This document shows positions 56,831-64,000 of a stretch of 64,000 nucleotides of DNA, piece after piece. Source of the DNA: Gemmatimonadales bacterium (GTDB lineage Bacteria > Gemmatimonadota > Gemmatimonadetes > Gemmatimonadales > GWC2-71-9); NCBI GenBank assembly GCA_041615815.1, contig JBFJCP010000015.1:41605-105604 (forward strand), in the 5' to 3' direction. Made by a program: the position numbers and the translations under genes. Below the pieces are notes generated by a model, which made no database searches, was not told the origin of the DNA, and saw only the letters and a program-made list of their open reading frames with translations. Within the stretch, counting starts at the first letter, position 1. Every line of letters starts with the position of its first letter.

Positions 56831-59074
56831 GTGCGAAAGCCGGAAGTGTGGAAAGTCGCGTGGGGCGTGGCGATCGCTGGTCTGGCCATCGTCGCGTGCT
56901 TCCCCACCCGCGCGCAAGCGCAAACCGGGGAAGCAGCACCGGCCATCGACCCCGAAAAGATGCCTCGGCCCGAGTACCGGGCCATTCGCGCCTCATCCAA
57001 GATCCAGGTGGACGGCCGGATCGACGAGCCTGCCTGGGCGGCGGCCCCGGTTGTCACCGACTTCATTCAGGCACAGCCCAACACCGGCGCACCGGCTACG
57101 GAGCGAACCGAGGTCCGCTTCGTCTACGACGAGAGCAACCTCTACGTCAGCGCGTTGTGCTACGACTCGGATCCCAAGGGACTCGTGGTCAAGACCATCG
57201 AGCGGGATTACCCCGGGGTCCTGTCCGAGGACATGGATTCTTTCGGGATCACATTCGACACGTTCCTGGATCGGCGTAACTCCTTCCTCTTCTTCGTGAA
57301 TCCGAGGGGCGGCGTCAAAGACGGCCAAACCTTCAACGACGGCACCACCAGAGACTACGGCTGGGATGGTATCGTGGATGTCCGCACCACGGTGCACGAT
57401 TCGGGCTGGACCGTGGAGATGGCCGTGCCGTGGAGCACGCTCCGGTTCGACCCCACGCGCACGGTCCAATCGTGGGGGGTGAATTTCCTCAGGCGCATCC
57501 GCCGCAAGAACGAGGTGTCCTATTGGGCTCCCTTGGCGCGCCGCGAGCGGATTTTTCTGATGTCGCAAGCGGGAACGCTCAACGGCCTACCGCAGATTCC
57601 CAAGGGCCGTAACCTCGGCATCAAGCCGTTCGTGCTGGCACGCCGCTCTACCGGCGACAATCTCCTGGCCGACGATCGCGGCAACGAGGCGGATGCCGGG
57701 TTCGACCTGAAGTGGGGAGTCACCCCACAAACCACGATCGACCTCACCTTCCGAACGGACTTCTCGCAGGCAGACGTGGATCAGGAGCAGGTGAATCTCA
57801 CCCGCTTCCCCCTGTTCTTCCCTGAGCAGCGGGAGTTCTTCCTCGAGAACTCCGGCATCTTCACGTTGGGAGACATAACGGCGCCCGGTGCGCCGCGGTC
57901 TGGAACGTCCTTGCGGGACTTCACCCTCTTCCATTCGCGGACCATTGGCCTCCGACGAGGGCGCCCCGTTCCGCTCGTGGGTGGCGCGCGGGTAACTGGG
58001 CGGGCCGAATCGTTCGAGTTCGGCGTGCTGAACGTGCAATCGGAATCGTTCGAGCAAAACGCGGCCGAGAACTTCGCTGCGGTCCGCCTGCGCCGGAACA
58101 TCTTGGGTAACTCGGACGTGGGATTCCTGTTCACAAACCGGCAGAGGACGGGTACGGACTCCGGCGTCGCCTACAACCGCAGCCTTGGGACGGATGTCAA
58201 CTTCCGTCTCGCCCAATTCCTATTTGTCAGCTCCTATGTCGCGCTCACGCGAGCGCCGGACACGGGTGGCGAGGCGGCCCGTGTTGCCGTGGGATGGCGC
58301 GATCGGGTCTGGAATCTCTCCGGCATGGGCCGCTATGTAGGCGGTGGGTTCGATCCCGGCATGGGGTTCATCCGTCGCACCGGCATCCGTCAATGGTACG
58401 CGACTTTCGGTGCTCACCCCCGCCCGCCCCTACCCGGAGTGTTGGAGATCAATCCCTATGCGGAAGCGGATTTCATCACCGATCTGGGAGGCCAGCGGCT
58501 CAGCTGGGATGGCGCCTTGGGCTTCGGTACCACCTTCCGTGATGGCGGCTCGCTGTCCCTTCGATACAACGATCGGCGCGAACGTCTCGAAGAGCCTTTC
58601 CGGATCCGCGAGGGTGTCACGATCCCCGTTGGCGACTATCACTTCCGCGAGGGCTCGGCCAGATACAGCTCCAGTGAAGGGCGGGTCGTGTACGGAAGCG
58701 TCGGGGTCTCGGGGGGCGGCTTTTTCAGTGGGACCCGGTTTACGATCGAAGGAAGCTTGAGCTGGCAGCCCGACTATCATCTTACGCTCGAAGCGTCGGC
58801 GGAGCGCAACGTCGTTTCGGCGCAGGGGACGGACTTTACGGCCGACATCTATGGTTGGCGGATCAAATACGCGTTCACAACATCGCTCTACTTCCGTGTG
58901 TTCGTCCAGTACAACGCCGACGTGGACGAGGTGGTGACCAACGCCCGCGTAAATCTCATTCACGCACCGTTGAGCGACTTCTTTCTCGTGCTCACGGAGC
59001 GTCGAAACGTGGAGGCGGGAACGGTGTTGGAGCGATTCGTGACCGCGAAGTTCACGAAGTGGCTGGGGTTCTAG
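56831..59074 (+). CDS. CBM9-like plus DUF5916 outer-membrane protein
   Basis: I.VDG.IDE.AW, TEVRFVYD, GWTVEMAVPW, DFSQAD.D..QVNLTRFPLFFPEQREFFLE and FHSRTIG; C-terminal Phe. Start uncertain (56789 possible). Confidence 0.9.
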   Translation: MRKPEVWKVAWGVAIAGLAIVACFPTRAQAQTGEAAPAIDPEKMPRPEYRAIRASSKIQVDGRIDEPAWAAAPVVTDFIQAQPNTGAPATERTEVRFVYDESNLYVSALCYDSDPKGLVVKTIERDYPGVLSEDMDSFGITFDTFLDRRNSFLFFVNPRGGVKDGQTFNDGTTRDYGWDGIVDVRTTVHDSGWTVEMAVPWSTLRFDPTRTVQSWGVNFLRRIRRKNEVSYWAPLARRERIFLMSQAGTLNGLPQIPKGRNLGIKPFVLARRSTGDNLLADDRGNEADAGFDLKWGVTPQTTIDLTFRTDFSQADVDQEQVNLTRFPLFFPEQREFFLENSGIFTLGDITAPGAPRSGTSLRDFTLFHSRTIGLRRGRPVPLVGGARVTGRAESFEFGVLNVQSESFEQNAAENFAAVRLRRNILGNSDVGFLFTNRQRTGTDSGVAYNRSLGTDVNFRLAQFLFVSSYVALTRAPDTGGEAARVAVGWRDRVWNLSGMGRYVGGGFDPGMGFIRRTGIRQWYATFGAHPRPPLPGVLEINPYAEADFITDLGGQRLSWDGALGFGTTFRDGGSLSLRYNDRRERLEEPFRIREGVTIPVGDYHFREGSARYSSSEGRVVYGSVGVSGGGFFSGTRFTIEGSLSWQPDYHLTLEASAERNVVSAQGTDFTADIYGWRIKYAFTTSLYFRVFVQYNADVDEVVTNARVNLIHAPLSDFFLVLTERRNVEAGTVLERFVTAKFTKWLGF

Positions 59075-59133
59075 CGGGCAGTGAGCGAGGGGTCACGACT
59101 GAGCTGGCTCCATGCCGTCCGGAACGGACGGAG

Positions 59134-62100
59134 CTATCGGGAAGAGTCGAGTGCCCGCTCCAGCGCGTCCAAGAACATCCCTACGTGATCCTCGGTCATG
59201 CCCATGGGTGGCTTGATCTTGAGCACGTTGTGGTGTGGACCATCGATGGACAGCAGGATGCCGTTTTCCTTACCCCGCTCGATCACCGTCTTGGCCAACG
59301 CGGCAGCTGGTTCGAGCGTCGTCCGGTTCTCGACCAGCTCGACTCCGATGAACAGGCCCAGCCCGCGCACATCTCCAATCGACGAACAGCGTTGGGATAA
59401 GTCGTGCAGCCCGGTCATCAGAAGATCACCCATCTGAAGGGCATTCTGTTGCAGTCGTTCGTCGCGGATGACATCGAGCACGGCGAGCCCGATGGCGCAT
59501 GAGACGGGGTTCCCACCAAAGGTATTGAAGTATTCCATCCCGGTCTCGAATGAGGCGGCGACCTCCGAGGTCGTCATCACTGCTGCCAAGGGATGGCCGT
59601 TCCCCAAGGGTTTCCCCATCGTCACGATATCCGGAACCACGCCCTGGGTCTCGAAGGCCCACATGTGGGTACCCACTCGGCCCAGGCCTACTTGCACCTC
59701 GTCGGCCACGCACAGACCCTTGGCGGCTCGCACCAATCGGTAGGCTTCCGCGAGATACCCCGGCGGGAGCACAATCTGGCCGCCGCAACTGATCGCGGAC
59801 TCCGCAAAGAACGCGGCGAGACCGATACCCGCCGCCTCCAGTTCTCGGGCTTTCCGCCCAACGTCTGCGCCGTACCGAAGGCCGAACTCGGGCTCAGCGT
59901 ACCGGAAGCTTCCCCGATACCCATCCGGCATCTCGCACACCCGAACGTGCGGTGGGCATCCGCTTCCGCCCGGACCATCGAACTTGTACGGACTGATCTC
60001 CACCAGCGACGACAGGTGACCGTGGTATGCATGATCGATGACGATGACACCCCGCCGTCCCGTGTGGGCCTGGGCCAGCCGGAGCGCAAGATCGTTTGCC
60101 TCGCTCCCGGAGTTGACCAGGAAGCAGACGCGCAGCGGGTCGGGAAATGTCTCCACCAGACGGCGGACATACTCCACGAGCGGATCGTAGAGGTAGCGCG
60201 TGTTGGTATTGAGCCGCGCCATCTGTTCCTGTCCCGCGCGTACGACACGAGGATGAGCATGTCCTACATGGCAAACGTTGTTGACCATGTCGAGATAGGC
60301 GCGGCCCACGTCGTCGAAGAGAAACTGACCCTCGCCTCGGACGATCCGGAGCGGTGTGGTATAGGAAAGGCTCAGGGAATCGCTCAAGTACCGGTGCCGT
60401 TGTCGCAGGAGATCGTCGCGCCGGCGATCCACCCGTGCCCGACACCCCTCCGGAATGCCGAGGACCAGATTAGGATCCGGACTGATGGACTCCCAGACGT
60501 CGAGCATGCTCGGTGGGGCCACACCGTCGATGGCACACCCAGCGTCGAGCGTATGGGTCAAGAGCTGAAAATGGAGATGAGGTGCCCAGTTCCCGTTGCT
60601 GGGGAAGTTGCCGATGCGCCCAATTTGCCGCCCGCGCTCAACCGATCGCCCTGTTTCGATGCGGTCCAATGACTCGACGCTCAGGTGTCCGTAGAGGGTC
60701 CAGAACGGTACGCCGTCGTCGGTAGCATGCTGGAGCATGATGACGGGACCATAGTCTCCGTCCCTCGCGTTGTTGGCCATCGCGTAAACCACGCCGTCGA
60801 GCGGCGCGAAAATTGGCTCTCCCGCGTCGAGGAAGAGATCGACGCCCAGGTGGACGCTGCGGCGCTCGCTCGATCCCGGCACCGCGAACGCCGGTGCTCG
60901 ATACCACGGCCGATCCTCCAGATACCGTCCGATACCGACGGTCGCACCTTCGTCGCGCATCCGTGCGAAGAGATAGTCCGCGGCTGCCGCTACGTCGGGG
61001 AGCGCCTCGAGCGCGTTCGAATCGGGACTTCCCGTGGAAAGATCGAAGAACAGCTTCGACGCTTCTGTCAGATCGTGCCGCGTGACAGACGCGAAATCTC
61101 GACTGCGGCTCTCGATCCAATGGACCACCTTGCGCGCCGTGGGATTGGGCGGTAGGCCACACGCGTCCCGGAATCGGAAGTGCGCGAGGTGTGGGTTCGC
61201 AAGCCGGAGATCTCGGAGCACGTCCCACACGTGGCTTTGGCTAATCAATAGATACTCGTTGTCCGGGGCATTCGTCGTTTGCCAGGCCGCCATACACTGG
61301 CTCATGGCCAGCCGTGTCCGAATGAGATCGAACAGCAACTCGAGCTCGAGGTCGGCAAGCGGTGTCACCTCGTGATACGCGGCGACCAGCGGCAGTACGG
61401 CATCGATGGGTCGGATTTCGCCCAACATCGCGTAGGCACATGCCACGGCGAGACCACTCACCAGCGGCGCATGGAGCAGATCGCCGAAATCGATCAATCC
61501 GACCACTGACCCATCGGGGCCCACCAAGATGTTCCGATCGCTCGCATCGTTGTGGATCACCTGGGCGCGACACCGGGCGAGTCGTCCACGCACGTGCTCG
61601 TCGAACCGATCCAGGATCTCGCTTGCCGCAGCCCGACGAGCGGGATCCCCAATCAACGGCAGAAACTCGCGATGCCGACCAGCGTACTGCATGCCCCACA
61701 GGTACGCTCGGTTCATCTCGGCGTGCCCGAAGGTCGAGAGCGCGCGATCCACCCTGGCGACCAGCGCACCAAGCGACGCGAACAGCGCGGACGGGCGTTG
61801 CGACCAATCAGCCCAGACGGTCCCGGAAAGCCAGGTAAGGAGCCGCACCGGTCGCACTGACCCATCCCCCATCGTTACGAGGGCGACCTCCTCGCCGGTG
61901 CGAGTTGGCACGACGCGCTGGATGGGAAGCGACGGATCGACTTCACGGATATGCGCTATGGCCTGGTGTTGAAGATCGAGCACAGCGACTGGCGCATCCG
62001 GTGCCGAAATCTTGAGAACGTAGGTGCCTTCGGGTGTCGTGATGCAGAAGTTGGCGTCGTGCTCACCAGCGAGCGGCTCGGCTGTAGCGGTGATACCGTA

Positions 62101-62166
62101 GCGCTCCGCGAGAATCGCCGCAGCGGCTTCCGCCGTGACCATGTGGGCGGTGGAGGGAGAACTCAT
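59134..62166 (-). CDS. Fusion protein: APH/hydroxylysine-kinase-like domain, M23 peptidase domain and class III PLP aminotransferase/phospho-lyase
   Basis: GEHDANF, HND...N and DFGD (kinase); HLGVD and HLHFQ (M23); [21 protein letters not shown] and MGKPLGNG (class III PLP). Confidence 0.92.
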   Translation of the reverse strand: MSSPSTAHMVTAEAAAAILAERYGITATAEPLAGEHDANFCITTPEGTYVLKISAPDAPVAVLDLQHQAIAHIREVDPSLPIQRVVPTRTGEEVALVTMGDGSVRPVRLLTWLSGTVWADWSQRPSALFASLGALVARVDRALSTFGHAEMNRAYLWGMQYAGRHREFLPLIGDPARRAAASEILDRFDEHVRGRLARCRAQVIHNDASDRNILVGPDGSVVGLIDFGDLLHAPLVSGLAVACAYAMLGEIRPIDAVLPLVAAYHEVTPLADLELELLFDLIRTRLAMSQCMAAWQTTNAPDNEYLLISQSHVWDVLRDLRLANPHLAHFRFRDACGLPPNPTARKVVHWIESRSRDFASVTRHDLTEASKLFFDLSTGSPDSNALEALPDVAAAADYLFARMRDEGATVGIGRYLEDRPWYRAPAFAVPGSSERRSVHLGVDLFLDAGEPIFAPLDGVVYAMANNARDGDYGPVIMLQHATDDGVPFWTLYGHLSVESLDRIETGRSVERGRQIGRIGNFPSNGNWAPHLHFQLLTHTLDAGCAIDGVAPPSMLDVWESISPDPNLVLGIPEGCRARVDRRRDDLLRQRHRYLSDSLSLSYTTPLRIVRGEGQFLFDDVGRAYLDMVNNVCHVGHAHPRVVRAGQEQMARLNTNTRYLYDPLVEYVRRLVETFPDPLRVCFLVNSGSEANDLALRLAQAHTGRRGVIVIDHAYHGHLSSLVEISPYKFDGPGGSGCPPHVRVCEMPDGYRGSFRYAEPEFGLRYGADVGRKARELEAAGIGLAAFFAESAISCGGQIVLPPGYLAEAYRLVRAAKGLCVADEVQVGLGRVGTHMWAFETQGVVPDIVTMGKPLGNGHPLAAVMTTSEVAASFETGMEYFNTFGGNPVSCAIGLAVLDVIRDERLQQNALQMGDLLMTGLHDLSQRCSSIGDVRGLGLFIGVELVENRTTLEPAAALAKTVIERGKENGILLSIDGPHHNVLKIKPPMGMTEDHVGMFLDALERALDSSR

Positions 62167-62340
62167 CGAGGTCGGAATATATGGTCAAATAGCGGTCCCG
62201 GCGCCGGACTCGTCACCAGCACCGTACGCTGCCGTGCCGACGAGTACTCCTGCCGACTTGCGACCGGAATCATGAAATGGGCATACGCGGTGTTGAGCCG
62301 CATGACCCGAGGACAGCCGTCTCGGTGAGCCGCCGAGATC

Positions 62341-63999
62341 CTACAGATACGTCTCTTCCTCGTAGCACCATGCCCAATCCTCGCCCGGCTCGAAGGACTT
62401 GATGATGGGATGGTGGCGCTCGCGAGAGTGTTGCTGGGCGTGCTTGTGTACTGAATTCTCACAGCAACCCACGTGGCCGCACGCCATGCAGATCCTCAGA
62501 TGCACCCAAGCGCTGCCCGACGCGAGGCACTCCTCGCACCCCGCCGCACTTGGCGTCACGGAACGTACGGTGCCAAGGTGCGCGCAGCGATCACTGGCTT
62601 GCTGCTCGTCGCTCAGGCGTACCGCTGTGGACTGCATCATTGGTGTCGAGCCGCCCCGCCGCAGCGCATCCTGCCGCCGCTGGATGGTCGCGTCGTCCAC
62701 CTGGTACGCCGCGAGTACCCGTCCGAGCAGCCGCACGACACCCTCCCGCTCCTCGGCCACGACCTCGGCGGCCCCGGCCTCGGCCAGTTGCTGGATCTCA
62801 CTCGCGAAGCGCGTCCGGGCCATCACGGTGAGATCCGGGTTCAGGGCATGGGCTGCCGCCACCACGCGGTGCGTGGTTTCCAAATCGTCATCCGCCACCA
62901 CCAGCAGTCGGGCCTGCCGCGCCCCGGCTAACGTGAGCTCATGTTGGCGGGTGTAATTGCCCCGCAGCACATGGACGGCGGTGCCTTCGGCTTCCCGGGC
63001 ACCCTCGGGACTCAACGTGAGTACCAGATAGGGTATTGCCCGTTCGCTCAGTGCCGACGCGAGCTCCCGCCCACCGTCACCATAGCCGGCGATGATGACG
63101 TGATCGCGGAGCTCGGTGGAGGGCGCAGCGACCTCGCCCGTCTCGACAGGTGTTGCGCCTCCCTCGTCGCCCTTCGACTTGCGCGTGCTGCGCGCGAGGA
63201 TCTGGTCGCAGAGCCGGGAGATGGGGGGCGTCGCAATCATCATGATCACGGTGGCCGCCACGAAGGCCTCGGGCCCGCCGATCTCGATGCCCGCCGGATA
63301 GAGTCCCAGCTCACGCCCCGTACGCTCCAACACGAACGAGAACTCCCCCACTTGAGCCAGCAGGAGACTGGTGAACGCCGTCGTCCCCGTGGCGATTCCG
63401 AGGACCTTGAGACTCACGCCTGTGGCGAGGACTTTGATCACCAGGCTACCGCCAATCGCCGCCACCACGAGTAGCGGATTGCTCACGAGAAACCGCAGAT
63501 CCAGCAGTAGGCCCACGGACACGAAGAAGGTGGCGCTGAAGAGAATTTGGAGCGGGAGTATCTCGCCGAACGCCATGTGGCTGAACCGGCTCTCGCTGAC
63601 CACGAGGCCGGCCAGAAACGCGCCGAGCGACAGGCTCACCCCAGCGAGGCTCGTCAGATACGCGGTCCCGAGGCAGATAGCAACCACGGTGAGCAAGAAG
63701 ATCTCCTGGGAGCAGGTGCGCGCCACCGCCTCGAGCACCTTGGGCATGACGCGTCGGGCGACGGCGACGACCAGCGTCACGATCACGATGGCTTTGCCGA
63801 GCGCCAGTGGCACGGCAAGACCCGACGTACCGACCCCAGCGAGCATGGGCACCAACAGCACCATTGCCACCACGGCCAGATCCTGGAAGATCAAGATGCC
63901 CACAGCCAGCCGTCCGTGCGGCGCGTCCAGCTCGCCCCGCGACGACAGCCCGCGCAGGACGATCGCCGTACTCGACACGGCGACCACGAAGCCCAGGAA
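62341..63999 (-). CDS. CPA2/Kef-type cation:proton antiporter with TrkA-N (RCK) domain and C-terminal UBP-type zinc finger (5'-truncated by the window edge)
   Basis: SSTAIV, GILIFQD, LGAFLAG, FFVSVG and LAQVGEFSFVL; IIAGYG; CAH..CEEC..HLRICMACGHVGCC..HA..H..WC. Confidence 0.93.
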   Translation of the reverse strand, partial: FLGFVVAVSSTAIVLRGLSSRGELDAPHGRLAVGILIFQDLAVVAMVLLVPMLAGVGTSGLAVPLALGKAIVIVTLVVAVARRVMPKVLEAVARTCSQEIFLLTVVAICLGTAYLTSLAGVSLSLGAFLAGLVVSESRFSHMAFGEILPLQILFSATFFVSVGLLLDLRFLVSNPLLVVAAIGGSLVIKVLATGVSLKVLGIATGTTAFTSLLLAQVGEFSFVLERTGRELGLYPAGIEIGGPEAFVAATVIMMIATPPISRLCDQILARSTRKSKGDEGGATPVETGEVAAPSTELRDHVIIAGYGDGGRELASALSERAIPYLVLTLSPEGAREAEGTAVHVLRGNYTRQHELTLAGARQARLLVVADDDLETTHRVVAAAHALNPDLTVMARTRFASEIQQLAEAGAAEVVAEEREGVVRLLGRVLAAYQVDDATIQRRQDALRRGGSTPMMQSTAVRLSDEQQASDRCAHLGTVRSVTPSAAGCEECLASGSAWVHLRICMACGHVGCCENSVHKHAQQHSRERHHPIIKSFEPGEDWAWCYEEETYL

Positions 64000-64000
64000 C

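Noticed and set aside
62163..62462. 99-aa ORF bridging the antiporter and aminotransferase genes
   Set aside because: It overlaps the antiporter, has no RBS or motif, and the region contains a hairpin and a likely promoter.

Overview
GC-rich, densely coding bacterial window with about 47 CDS. The gene repertoire (stand-alone duplicated MacB/FtsX permeases, Ig-repeat M8 lipoprotein, BNR/VPS10 beta-propeller, Hanks kinase with helical sensor tail) suggests Gemmatimonadota; this is inference only. I found no rRNA, tRNA, transposase, integrase, cas gene or true CRISPR array. Main content: (i) many secreted peptidases, amidohydrolases and outer-membrane proteins; (ii) a tightly coupled five-gene envelope operon of beta-barrels plus an EEP lipoprotein, followed by a Ser/Thr kinase; (iii) a 13-kb co-oriented block: Tat-exported GMC dehydrogenase pair, a DAACS transporter with a rewritten NMDGT motif, glgP, glgA and three different GH57 enzymes; (iv) multi-domain fusions (kinase-M23-class III aminotransferase; Kef-type antiporter with UBP zinc finger; NTF2-amidohydrolase). 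The best candidates for something undescribed are the dehydrogenase/atypical DAACS/GH57 glycogen block, the solitary CRISPR-repeat-like hairpin and terminator upstream of it, the small protein/XRE-HTH pair, and the palm-less PolX-like protein. All family calls come from motif recognition by eye, without database searches. Many start codons are best guesses.
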